This document shows, in pieces, positions 1 to 15,705 of a stretch of DNA of 64,000 nucleotides; the stretch's first letter is position 1; each line of letters starts with the position of its first letter. The DNA is from Salpingoeca rosetta (taxonomy: Eukaryota > Protista > Choanoflagellata), in assembly GCA_033442325.1 (NCBI GenBank), contig JAWQFM010000005.1, positions 1,502,872 to 1,566,871 on the forward strand. Direction: 5' to 3'. The notes below the pieces were generated by a model. That model had not been told where the DNA came from, did no database searches, and worked only from the letters and a program-made list of their open reading frames with translations. The position numbers were made by a program, and so were the translations under genes.

Positions 1-1332
1 TTTCATCATGGCCCACTCACGAAATCACGGCCTTGTCACTTTTGCCATGTCTTCCACAAATAACCGACAGCCGAAGGGCAATTCGCGAAGACAGGGCGCG
101 ATGCAATGCGTCGAGGCACTTGCGCGAGGTTGGAGGTGGCAAGGACGCGGGCTGCTTGCACACACTTGAGCTTCGGCAAAGGGGAATGTGCCTTGGTGGA
201 CATGACGTGGGACGTGATCGCTGCGAAACAACTTGCCGTGACACTCGTTTGGGTATGACATGAGACATAAACGCACCGCATTCCACAATGGCCAGACCAC
301 ACAACACGACGTCACTCGGCCAGAACACCTGAGAAGGTAAGGTCAAGCAACAGCACTGTGCGGCGACTTGCTGTCCTCCGTAGCTTGCCCTCACTTCCTT
401 CCCCCAATGCTGGTCGCTTGCATGCATGCCACCTGACGCCATCTGCATGCGCTGCGTCGCACGCCCGCCACCCAACTCGCCAACCACCTTGCACCACCCT
501 CAACACCACACGCGCACGCAAGCTGCATGGAAGCCTCGGTGACTCAAAAGCCGCCACGAACGTTGGCTGGGCTACACCACACAAACCATGCAACCACACA
601 ACCACGCAACAATGCCACTGTACTGCAAGCGTCAGCGCCAGTGGAGTGAGCCAGCATGCACACACACGCACGTACAACAGTGCGACGTGCAAATGCCCAG
701 AACCACGACATACGATACATGTGGCAAGCGATTGCGTGCTGCGTGCAACGACGAAACCAATGCGCAGCCTTGCAGCAGACTGCCACAGGCCTGGCTCTTG
801 TAGAGGGGTGCAAGCAGTCATCTGGTCATAGGGTCATGTGCGGTGTTCGGACGTCGCATCTTGTGTGGTGCGGGAGTGAGTGAGTGAGTGCCATTGAGTG
901 AGAGAGTGAGTGAGTGAGTGAGTGAGAGAGAGAGAGAGACAGAGAGTGAGTGAGTGAGTGTGTGTGTGTGTGTGAGTGAGTGAGTGAGTGTGTGTGTGTG
1001 TTAAAGACTGAGTGAGTGAGTAAAGTCGACATGTGGGCGAGTGAAGCCATCAGTCACCACCCACCTGCAGGATCAACGACACCCCCTTATCCTCTTTGAA
1101 GTGAGTGTTCATTTATTCGTGTCAACAGCCGATAATGAACACAGCAAACATCAACGCTCAACAACAGCAAGCAGCAGCAGTCGTGTATGATGTGAATGCA
1201 GGCAATCCAGAGTTGCAACAAAAAGAAGAAGAAGAAGAAGGGGGGGAACAAACAAGATACTCAATAGAGGCATGACGCGACGGCACATGCCCACAAGACA
1301 GGCACAGCGCACATGCACACGGAAGCAACCAG

Positions 1333-1364
<32 letters not shown>

Positions 1365-1607
1365 GCTGGAAGAACGTGTGACATGGAAATCGCCATTGGC
1401 ATTGCTGGCGAGTCACAGGACGATAAACAAAGAAGCGTGAATGGCAACGCACATGGGTCAAGAACAACTGCGATCAGCAGGAGAAAAAACAGAAACAAAA
1501 AGGCCAACAGTGCAGCGGGCAACAACTGCAGCAACAGTCACAGGATGGCAAAGCAACAAATAACTGTATTCACATCAGCCATCTCAAACAAAGTTGCGCT
1601 CATGCCT

Positions 1608-2233
1608 TCATTCCGGCACGCTGCTGAAGCTGAAGGCCGTGTTCCTCGCGCCAGTCAGCGGTTTGGTCACGCTGAACGTCGGGGAAGGCGGGACACCACT
1701 GAACCTGCCGCCAAGCCCGTTGCTGCGTTGCTGCGGACGAGCGTTGCTCGGACCAGAAGGCCCATTGGCCGACGTGGTTCGAGGCAGCCCTTGCGGCCCT
1801 GATGAGGTCGCACTCACGGGGCGAGAGCGTGAGTAAATGCTGCTCTGCATGCGGTACTGCACGCGAATCATGTTCAGCTCATCGCTCAGCTCCTCCGTGC
1901 CGTCGTCTTCGGGCAGCAGTGGCGGCGTGTCGGACCCGTCTTGCTCGCCCAGCACAAGGAACGTCTTGATGGTGCCCTTGCCTTTGATCTCAAGGCGCCC
2001 GCGCGGCGCAATGATGAGCCGGTGGTAGCCTGGCAGCGCTCGAAGGAACCGGTACGTCGCCTAGTGCGATTGGTTGGTTGGGAGGGGGGGGGGGCGGAAT
2101 GGAGGAAGAGGACGAGTCGAAAGAGCAGTGAGGGAGTAGACTTAGTTGCCTGGCACAGGATGGGCTTATGGAGAAAGATACAGGCACAGGTACACATATA
2201 CAGATAGGCACAGGCACACAGATAGACGCACAG

Positions 2234-2307
<74 letters not shown>

Positions 2308-3226
2308 ACACACACACACACACAGACACACACACACACCTGGATGCATCCCGGCAGGCCGTTGCTCTCCATGCGCGAGGCGACGTTGACGGTGTCGCCA
2401 AACAGACAGTAGCGTGGACGCGCACGCCCGACAACGCCGGCCATCAACGGGCCAGAGTGCAGCCCAACGCGGATGCGGAGTGGCTCACCATCGAGCGGCG
2501 AGAGCACCGTCTGTGCCGTGCGCACCATGTCAATGGCCAAGCGGGCGATGCGCAGAGCGTGGTCCTCACATTCCTCCGGGCAGCCCGCCGTCACCATGTA
2601 CGCGTCGCCAATTGTCTCCACCTTGTAGCAGCCATGCTGGTCCGCCAAGTCATCAAACTTGACAAACAGCTCGTGCAGCATGTCCATCACCTCGAGCGAG
2701 GGCACTTCTGAGGAGATGTTCGTAAAGCCCGCAATGTCGCTGAACAGAACAGTCACCTGGCGCAATGGTTGCATTCCACGTGTGCGTGTGCGTGCATGTG
2801 TGTGTATACATGTGTATGTGAATGTAAGCTTGAGAGGGTGGTTGATTGGGTGAAGGGACACAGATTTGGGGCAATAGCAGAGCAACAGCAGAGCATCTGA
2901 TGTTCGCACACACAAATGCACAACGCACACACATGTGCACAACGCACACACATGTGCACAACGCACGTGCTCGTATTGCTCGGCGGCCGGGATCTCGCCA
3001 CGTGCCAGAGAATCTGCGACCACCTGGGGATTGGTGAAGAGGAAGAGAAGGAAGGGAATTTGAGACCATGCATGGTGGCAAGAACAATGCACTTACGCAC
3101 AAGCAAACACTCGTTAACACACGAACATGAACACAGGCAAACACACACCTGCACACACACCTGCACACCCACACCCACCCACCCACACACCCACCCACAC
3201 ACACACACACACAAGACACACACACA

Positions 3227-3284
<58 letters not shown>

Positions 3285-4465
3285 GGCGGAAGAATGCTGT
3301 GGAGGAGGCCGTCAATCTGCTCCTTCTTGGAGTGAACTTCGGCCATGGAGCGATCGAGGTCTGCAAGCTTGGCCTCAACATCGTTCGAGTTGGATGCAGA
3401 GATGGCCTGGCACATGGAGCCATAGAGGACCTCCCGTCCATGTGAGTGCACTGGCAGATCTGTCAGGTCGATGCCTTGTGCTTCAAGCTCTTCCATGGAC
3501 TGCACGAAAGGGTTGCCGACAAACAGTAGCACTTGCTTGTCCTCGTCAAACACCACCTCCCCATGCAACTTGATGTGGGAGGCCTTCTTCAGGTGACGGG
3601 AGCGAGCCTCGAGCAAATCCATCGAGCTGCGCGCAGATGTTCCAGCAGAGGTGCTCGCAGTCGTTGCTGATGACTGGCTGTGCCGCATCCCCGTCATTGG
3701 GCACCCGCTTGGACGGAGACTGCCCGCGCCAGAGCGCTCTGCCGCTGGCAATTGCGTGCTTGTGCGCGCACTCGCACGACCCGAGGTTGCCTGGCTGCTC
3801 GAGGACTGCTGCTCAAACTGCTGGATAAGGTTTGAGTGGCGCTGCTCGCGGTCCTCCTGCGCTAGGCGCTGCTGCCGCTCGCTCAGCATGGCCGCATACT
3901 CCTCCGCGCTCAGCATGCGCTTCGGGTTGGTGACAAAGAGGAACGGCTTGTCGCAGCGCGCCTTGATGTCCTCAAAGTCCCACGTGGCGTCGATGGGGCG
4001 GGCGATGCGGAAGAGCTTCTCCGCGTGCATGCCAATGCAATCCTTCTTCATGCGGGAGGCGAGGTGCTTGCCCAGGGACACAATCTTCATGTCCTTGTCC
4101 ACGGCAAAGTGCCAGGGGAAGAGGCGGTTTGTCATGCCGGCATTGAGCTGCGCCGTGGCCATCTTCTCGTCCGCAGCCGTCGTCAGCGGCTCCTCGGGGA
4201 AGCCCCTGTTTGGTGGTTGTGTGTGTGTGCGTGGGGGAGGGGGGGGTGGTGGTTAGGACGTGCGGACGTGCAAAGCAGGAGGCAAGGGTCAGGTACTGCT
4301 TCACGTACGTATGACAGTGCAGTGGTGCAGTTGTGTACATAGCACAGATGTGCACATGTACACACGCACAGACAGACAGACACACACACACACGCACGCA
4401 CGAACACACACACACACACACACACACACAGGCACGCACGAACACACAGGCTCAAACATACACAG

Positions 4466-4534
<69 letters not shown>

Positions 4535-4976
4535 CACACCAACACGCACACACACACACACACACCTTGGATGCCAGGTCGAGGAAGAGCATGGTCTGGG
4601 TGTCCGAGTAGTGGCGGAAGAAGTCATCGGGAGAGCCGGTGATGTTGAGCTGTTCATAGATGCCTTGTAGCAGCTGCTCTCCGTCCTCCATGGAGCCAAT
4701 CCATGAGGTGAGCGCCTGATCATCGCGGCAACAAACATAAACACGCATTGTATGGATGAGAATGAGAGTCGGATGCTCACCACACTATCATGCTCTTTGT
4801 ATAGTCGGGCATCTTGAGGCAATGGGAGCCAGCAAGCAGGTGATTCGAGTAGCTCTTGCGCTGACTCGCCAGCACAAACAAACTCCACCCTTGAGACTCC
4901 CTCAAAACAAGTACCCATCCAGACCCTCAAGTCCACTTGGGTGAAGGTGAATTACCTGATGCATCAATCCATACAT
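1608..4976 (-). CDS. Soluble guanylyl cyclase, beta-like (partial H-NOX, PAS/HNOBA, coiled coil, class III cyclase); multi-exon
   Basis: Exon 4956-4976 MYGLMHQ plus exon 4566-4715 ALTSWIGSMEDGEQLLQGIYEQLNITGSPDDFFRHYSDTQTMLFLDLASK resemble the sGC beta N-terminus (MYGFVNHAL...YDDSKT). Exon ~3283-4205 has LFPWHFAVD...LLHSILP. Exon ~2340-2756 has VTVLFSDIAGFT, KVETIGDAYM and RYCLFGDTVNVASRMES. The last exon (~1608-2060) has RGRLEIKGKGTIKTF. The exon 2 to exon 3 join is out of phase (see findings). Confidence 0.92.
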
Positions 4977-5625
4977 GGTTGTTACTGGTGGGCCGTGTCA
5001 GCAAGGAGGTGGAGGAGGTGGAGGGGGTGGAGGAGGTGGAGGTGCGAGGGAAGGGCTTATGAAGTCGCGTGCTTGCTTCTTTCCTTATTTGCCGCCGTAT
5101 CCGTTAGTAGCCTGCTGGCTGGCTTCTTGCATTGGTTGGTCAAGTTGCTTGCGTATCAAAGACGGGCTGAGGTTGTTGACTGACGGTGCTTGTTGTTAGC
5201 GCAGCAACGGATGAGAAAATGCACGTTGGATGCGTGTGTGTGTGCGTGTGTTTGGTTGGTTTGGTTGGTTTGGTTGATCTGGCTTCCAGTCTGGCTGTTG
5301 TGCTTGCATCAGCGCAACGCATAGTGCAGCAGCCAACCGTCGAATAAAGCATGCTCTATCGCCGCCGTGGTGGGTGGTTGATGTGCGGTGAGGTGCGACA
5401 TCTTCCCGTCAGTTCTGGCTGTGCAGTGGCGACGGCGACCTTTGTGGTTGTGTTGTGTTGTGTTTTGACATTTCGGGTTTTGGGTTGGGCGTCTCGGAAA
5501 CCAAGTGCGTTTCCCAAGGATCGCATCGGCACTCATCAACTTCCCACCAGCACCGTTTGTCAGCGAAGTTGCGTCAGTTTCGTCAGTGTTTCGAGGCCTG
5601 CATCTTGTGGTGTCGCTTACTCGTG

Positions 5626-5769
5626 ATGGGCGGCGAGACCGGTGGCGGTGCTGGTGGTGGTGGTGGTGGCGGTGGCGGCGAGAGAGCAAAGGCGGAGGAG
5701 GATTGGAGGGACTGCATCGAGTGCAAAATCGTCGGCACGCTATCCCTCACCCTCGCAGGTGCACGTGTG

Positions 5770-5857
<88 letters not shown>

Positions 5858-6342
5858 CTGGAAGGTCGCATGATTTGCATGATTGATTGCTGCAATTATC
5901 ACTTGATTGAGGCATGCACAGGTCGGCAATCTGGACAATGTGGGTTATGGGTACACGAAGCAATGTGTTCTAAATGATGGTCTCTCCACTGATGGTCTCT
6001 CCACTCAACTGCAAATGCTTGCACTTTGATCGATTGTGACAGGTGGATATTTGCTCTACAGCAGGCGCCAGGTGCCAACCTCCTCTGTCAAGCTCCGCAA
6101 GTTCATGAAGGGCTTCGCTTTCAGTGAGTTGAGTTGGCATGATACGTGCGCACGTAGTTGCCTCAGATCACTGTGCAGCTGACCCCGTTTTGTCGCTCTT
6201 TGATGCACCCACTCACCAGCCCTCTGCTTGCTCTTGTCGCCCTGCGTTCAACCCGTCACAACCTCACACACTGCCGCCTGTTTGCTGCTTGTGTTACCCA
6301 CCAGCATTGTTTGGCCTGGCAGCCGCCCGCGCTGCGGTTTAG
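5626..6342 (+). CDS. Small DUF4536/DMAC1(TMEM261)-like membrane protein, 83 aa, 3 exons (5626-5758, 6043-6123, 6305-6342)
   Basis: Phase-consistent GT-AG splicing gives MGGETGGG...DWRDCIECKIVGTLSLTLAGGYLLYSRRQVPTSSVKLRKFMKGFAFTLFGLAAARAAV*. The DCxxC motif followed by a hydrophobic helix ending GGY matches DUF4536 as I recall it. Confidence 0.7.
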
Positions 6343-6612
6343 CCCCCGGCTCACCGCGACCAGCTCTTCTTGTGCCTGCCTGCATATTGCCTGCCCCAAT
6401 AAAAGAACGTTCCCACGCCACGCCGTCAACAACAGAATCGCCACATGACAAAACCATCCACATGCATCATTTCATGCACAAAACGACAACCACACTGTGT
6501 GCTTGAAAACCAAAACAAACTCACCAACAAACTCACATCAACAACCACACGACACCCCCACACCACTCATCATCATCATCATCGATCAGTGGTTCAAGGC
6601 CCGCGCGCACCC

Positions 6613-9775
<3,163 letters not shown>

Positions 9776-10450
9776 GTTGCGGTGCACACTCCGAGTTGTT
9801 TCGCTTTGTGGTCTGTGACCACCGCTCCTTCTCCCCTCACGGTCTGGTTTGGTTAGGAAGAGCATGTTATGTAGGTGGTGTGCAATGCCTGGGTAGGTCG
9901 TGACGCATTCACTCTTAAAACGCAGTTGCGTTTGGGTGTCGCTCAGCGGTGAGAACGGTTGCTTGGTGCGGCGTGATGTTGTGCGCTGGTGTCGTGTAAC
10001 TAACAACAATGTTAAGTGCTGCAGTGATGTGCCATGAATGAAGGAAGACAAGGGTTGTTTATCATCGACAGTGAAAGCCTACACAATCGACAGGCGTGCC
10101 AAGTGCACAGAAGAGACAACAGAGCTAGGAGGGCACGGGGGAACGGTCAATCTCGTGCGGGGGAAAGAGGGGACGGGGGGGGGGAGGGACGCAGGGCAGA
10201 GCAAAAGAACTCAAAGGCCAAGAGCAGAACGAAATAGTGGTTCCTCAGCCACGCTAATGGATGCGTGCATGAGGTATTGCTACTCGAAGACGTGGAGATA
10301 CACAGACAGGGGAAGGGTGAGGTGGAAGGACAGCATGTGTGCACCAAGCGACACATAGACAGCCTGGAGTTGGGGGGGGGGGAAGAGACAGATAGATTGA
10401 CCGACAGACAGAAAGATTGACCGGCAGATTGACCGGCAGATTGACTGACT

Positions 10451-10538
<88 letters not shown>

Positions 10539-10643
10539 CAGACACAAACACACACACACACACACACACACACAGGCAGACACACAGACACAGGCAGATA
10601 CACACACACATACACACACACACACACACACACAGATACACTG

Positions 10644-11588
10644 TTAACTGGACGAGTTGGCAAGGGACGGAAACTGAGTGGTGATGGCACGCGAGATGAG
10701 CTCATAGGAGACAAAGACGGTGACGCAGGAAGGAAGCACGCGCACTAGGTTGACTTGCAGGCCACGGAAGAAGCCGTGCCAACCCTCCTCCACCATGATG
10801 CGGTGCACCACGTCCCGTAGCCGGGTCCTTGATCGCGAGTCCTGCAGCCGCGACCGCACGACCTCGTGCGGGTATGTGATGGTGGATGCAATGGCCTTTG
10901 ATAGCGCTGACGAGACGATGAGGTCCAGGATGGTCTCCTTGCTGTCGTTCCGGTGTCGCCGCGCAAACTGCTTGAACTTCTCGTACACGGGGAACTGGAT
11001 GGCCACGTGTGAGAGCCCGAGCATGGACGCGGACAAGCCTTTGTACAAGGCGGTCACGCCCTCCGTGCGCCCGATGTACAGCATGCGCCGGAAGACGCCG
11101 AGTCGAGTGACGGCGGGTGACTCTGCTCCGTTGGGCGCGAGCCCAGATGGCGTCGGGGTGTCTGGCGAGTGGTAGATGTCGCTGATCATGCGTGTGCGCA
11201 CCACCCAGAGCGGGTTGGTGGCGCAGTCGGCGGCAAAGCCGGCGGTGATGGCGGCGACGCAGTGCTGCCAGGTTGCGCTGTCTCCGTTGGACATGAGCGC
11301 CAGGCGTTGGTTCATGGCACCGTACACGGGAAAGTAGATGGCCCAGAACAGTGGCATGGTCATGAGGCTTGGCCTCAGGCCCCGAAACAAACCTGGCGCG
11401 CCTTCCTCCTTGTAGATGGTGCGCACCGTTGAAAAGACGCCCTCATACTTGGGCGATCCCGGCACAAACGCGCCCTGCAGCTGCTGCCTGACCTTGGCGA
11501 CGTCCAACGGGGAGCACAGCACACAGTTGATCACGCCAGCACCGGCGCCCGCCATCATGTTCACGCGCGCCCCATTCCCGCTACTCAT
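10644..11588 (-). CDS. Mitochondrial carrier (SLC25), NDT1/NDT2-SLC25A32 (NAD+/folate/FAD) subfamily; single exon, ~314 aa
   Basis: Three carrier signatures: PLDVAKVRQQ, PLWVVRTRM, PHEVVRSRLQ. Also WAIYFPVY and LSHVAIQFPVYEK, typical of this subfamily. Confidence 0.92.
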   Translation of the reverse strand: MSSGNGARVNMMAGAGAGVINCVLCSPLDVAKVRQQLQGAFVPGSPKYEGVFSTVRTIYKEEGAPGLFRGLRPSLMTMPLFWAIYFPVYGAMNQRLALMSNGDSATWQHCVAAITAGFAADCATNPLWVVRTRMISDIYHSPDTPTPSGLAPNGAESPAVTRLGVFRRMLYIGRTEGVTALYKGLSASMLGLSHVAIQFPVYEKFKQFARRHRNDSKETILDLIVSSALSKAIASTITYPHEVVRSRLQDSRSRTRLRDVVHRIMVEEGWHGFFRGLQVNLVRVLPSCVTVFVSYELISRAITTQFPSLANSSS

Positions 11589-12006
11589 CCCAGCGGTCGT
11601 AAGCGTGTATGCGTGTGTGCTTGTATGTGTAAGTGTATGTATGTGTGAGTGTATGTGTCGTCGTACTGTGGTCGCAATGCCAAACCACAGCGCGCAGCTG
11701 TACTGCGGGTTGCGGCAAGTGAATATGCGTGGTGTGGACGGGTGGATGTTGTGGATGTGGATGGTTGGCAATCAGGGATGGGGTTGCAGTGTCAGCGGTT
11801 GCGGAAAGTGCAGCGCAATGTGCGAAACGTTGGGCGCTTGGTTGGGTTTGATGCGCGTTTAATGAAATTCATTGTCGTGAATGAAGAAAGGCGTACACAC
11901 GCACGCAGACACACACACGCACGCAGACACACACGCACACACACACACACACATACACACACACACACGCACACAGACACAGAGACAGACACACACACAC
12001 AAGGTG

Positions 12007-13175
12007 CTATAAAGAGGAAGCAGTTGATGCTGGTGTTGTTGATGTAACAGCGGCAGCAGCATGCGCAGCAACAGTCTCGTTGTGCTGCTGGTCTTCAGCA
12101 GTGACGCATTGGGGAACCTCTGTCACTGTTCCATTGAGGGAGCAGCGGAAATGGCCCATGGGCACAAAGCCGTCCTCGCACACGGGCTGGCACGCGTGGC
12201 CGCTCAGCAGGCTCGTGTGCCGCCCACAAAGCGTCGTCGCGTTGCTCACCTCCGGCAGCGGGTAGCACACAATTGGGGTGGGCTGCGACGCGCGAAGCAC
12301 ACACGCCGCAGCAAACAGCGCAATGATCGCCGTCGTCCAAAACAGGCGCGAACGCTTCACCTCCGTCGGCAGCCGTGACACGTGCGTCAACATGGCCTCA
12401 TTCACCGCAACACCATCAGGGGCCGATGAGGCTGACGCCTTCGCCCTGCCCGCCTTGCTCTTCTTCTTGTTCTTCGTGTTCTTCGTGTTCTTCTTGCTGC
12501 TGCGGCGTGAGCGGGATGATGATGGCGCTTGTGCTGATGACGACGGTAATGATGCAGGCAGCAGAAGCTCCTTCTGCGCCTCATCGTCATCAAGAAGCAC
12601 AACATCATCATCACCATCATCGTCAACATCGGTGTCATCTTCATCTTCATCGCTGGAGCCGAGTGATTGCATCGGTATTGCTTCGCCCTCACTGCCACCA
12701 TCACCACCATGGACATCCTTGCTCCCAGCACCACCCTCCTCCTCGTTGTTTGCTGCGGACGCGTGCTCCGCTGCCCCCGCGCGCTTGCGTGCAAGTTGCG
12801 CTTGCTCATTCCAGTCCGTTCGGTAGAAGACTTGCACGGAGCAGGCAATCACCTGCACGACGACGGCGCTGACCAGGGCGAGCCACAGCCCACGCACCTC
12901 CAAGTCAAGCACAAACGCCGTGACAATCACCACGGGGGTGGCCACAACATAGTAGCCAATCACGTTGAAGATGGCGCCAAACATCTGCATACCGCACCCG
13001 CGCAGGATGCCGCTGTACACGCCCTGGGTGTGGTCAAACAGGGTGAAGAGGCTCACGATGATGAGTACACCAGACGTCATGTGCACCACCTCCTCGTCCT
13101 CCGTAAACGCGCGCGGCAGCACATTCCGCAGCGAAAACATCAGCACAGACGTGCACGTCGCTGTATGTGTGTGTG

Positions 13176-13250
<75 letters not shown>

Positions 13251-15705
13251 AGTTGTTGTTGTTGTAGTTGTTGTTGTTGTAGTTGTTGTTGTTGTTGTTG
13301 TTGTGTGCAGTGTTGTTGTTGTTGTTGTGTGCAGTGTGTCGTATGAGCGGAGTGTGCAAGTAGGCTGTGAAACAACCAACAACCAACAACAACAACAACA
13401 ATGACGACGACGACGACCATGGCGACGACAAGACCCAAGCATGTCATGTACAAGGTGGTCACGACAAGGCTTGCATTGCAAGGCAGACTGGGCAGTCCAC
13501 TTGGCACGTCGCAACAGACCTGTGCATGCAACCATGACGAGTGCAATGATGGCAGCGCGGCGGGCGCGGGCCGGCTGGTTTGATCCAAGCAGATTGCCCA
13601 CGCGCACGTTCGCAGCTGTACAGACAACACGTAGTCGACAAGCGAGGTGAGCCAAGGAACGTTGGGGCATGGCGTTCATCGGCTTGAAGGAGTACAGGCT
13701 GATCTAGCACAGACACAGGCGTGCACGAACAGAAGCGTGGACAGACAGTGGCGACCAGACACACAGACACACAGACACACACAGATACAGACACTAACCG
13801 ATGCTGATGCCGAGTGGGATCATGAAAGCAAAAGCGCCCAAGTTGAGGACAATGAGCTGTGCTGCGAGCTGCACCTCGCCCATGAGGCCGGCCAGGAACT
13901 GGCAAATCTCAAACGACCACCACTCGATGCACGTCATGAGGAGGCCAAAGATGGCGAGCCGCAGGTAGGACCCCCAGCCAAGCAGCGCTGCCCGCGTCCA
14001 CCCGGGCCACGTATCGCGGTAGAGCCCGCTCAGGTAGATGTACGACACCAACGACGCCGACTGCACAACCACGTTCACCACCTGCGCATGCGTGAGTGAG
14101 TGAGTGCGTGAGTGAGTGAGTGAGTGAGTGAGTGAGTGAGTGAGTGAGTGAGTGAGTGAGTGAGTGAGCAAGTGTGAAAGAGAGAGAGAGAGTGTGTGTG
14201 TGTATGTGTGTGTGTGTGTGCAATTACTTGGTGGCACGCGTGTACCCTGAGCCACTTGCGAGAAGCTACAACCCGCCTTTCACCACAGCGATGCAGTGCG
14301 CACACCTACGGCCACACTCCTTTCCCCCTCCCCTTCTCGAAGCACCACACGCGAGCACCATCAACACCACTGCCACACCGCACGGGCAGCACCTGGGTGA
14401 GGGCCGCGCCGATGATACCGAGGTCCATCTTGACGATGAAGAGGCCGCAGCAGGCCAGATGGGCCAGGTTCCCTGCCAACCCGCAGAAGAAGATTGGTCG
14501 ACCAACGTTCTGCGCCTGTGGTACCCAATGGCATTCCAGCAGTGATGGGCCGCGCGTGTTTGTGGGTGTGTTGACGCTCGAATGAGCACACGAACGTAAT
14601 CCATGTGCAGGTGGCACTGCATGCCAACAGACAAGAAGTTACACACCGGAACACATGCACATGCATACGCACACGCACACACACACACACGCACACGCAC
14701 ACACACATGTACTGACCATGAGGTAGTGCTGCAGGAGCGTGTTGAAGAGCGCAAAGGGAAGCACGGGCAGCGCATACAGGATAAACTCTCCGCTCATCTT
14801 GGACACCTGCAACAAAGACAGCCACGGCAACACACGGCTGGTTGAGCTGATTGGTTGTGCACACCGGTACACACAACGAACGGAAACGCACCAGCACTGC
14901 CACAGTAACAATTGCAACACACACACACACACTCACACACATACACGCGCAAACACACTCATTCACACGCTCTTACACACATACACACACACATACACAC
15001 GCACACACACACACACACGCACGCACGCATACACGCGCGCGCTCTCTCTCTATCTCTCTATCTCTGTCTGTACAACCTCCCTACTTCGCAACAAACCTGT
15101 GGATCTTGGTGCAGAGCGAGAAGGATGGAGCCGGCGTTGACCCAGAGGCAGGCAGTGACCAACGCACAGAGCCCAAGGATGCACATGCCACGCTGCAAGA
15201 TGACACCGAGCGCCTTCTTGTTGGAGGCGCCCCATGCCTGCGATGACAGCGTGTCGCTTGCAGAGGAAAGGCCCGCGCCAATGGAAATGCCAAACACATT
15301 GCCAAAGGACACGCCCAGCCCAACAACATCCAGCGCAATCGTATCCATATAGTGGCCAACAAAGATGACCAACACCAACCCGCTCATCATCTGCAGCAGC
15401 GATGACAGGGCCACTGGCCACACAAGCGCAAGCAGCGTCATCACTTCTTGCTTAAGCTGAACCTTTGCGGCACTGCCGTCATCGCCAGCTTCATTACCGC
15501 CCTTGCTCATGCCGTCCTCCAGCTTCACATCGTCGTCATCACTGGAATCGTGATCTTCATACACGTGCTCCATCGCCTTCCTCCGTGTGCCTGTTGCTGA
15601 GGATGGTGCATTGATGGCAACCGGTTGTTGATGCGAGGGCCTTTCGTCGGCTTCGGCTTGCTGCTGATCCACCTCCTGTTGTAAGGTGTTCTCTCTTGGA
15701 ACCAT
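12007..15705 (-). CDS. MATE/SLC47 multidrug efflux transporter with an extra C-terminal TM helix and sushi-like domain; about 6 exons
   Basis: Motifs LSSASDTLSSQAWGA, LGVILQRG, CIEWWSFEI, TAANVRVGNLLGSNQP and SGILRGCGMQMFGAIFNVIGYYVVATP. Exons ~15097-15705, 14718-14806, 14392-14515, 13798-14081, ~13526-13616, 12007-13160. Confidence 0.93.
13177..13326. repeat. (TTG)n microsatellite in a MATE intron
   Basis: Near-perfect trinucleotide run. Confidence 0.95.

Noticed and set aside
1-900. Overlapping ORFs 17-487, 312-821 and 358-831
   Set aside because: No recognisable domain. Splice-like signals at ~16-20 and ~329 could mark a minus-strand exon or UTR, but I cannot support a call.
5976-6006. 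Short tandem duplication of TGATGGTCTCTCCAC
   Set aside because: A two-copy intronic slippage event with no evidence of function.
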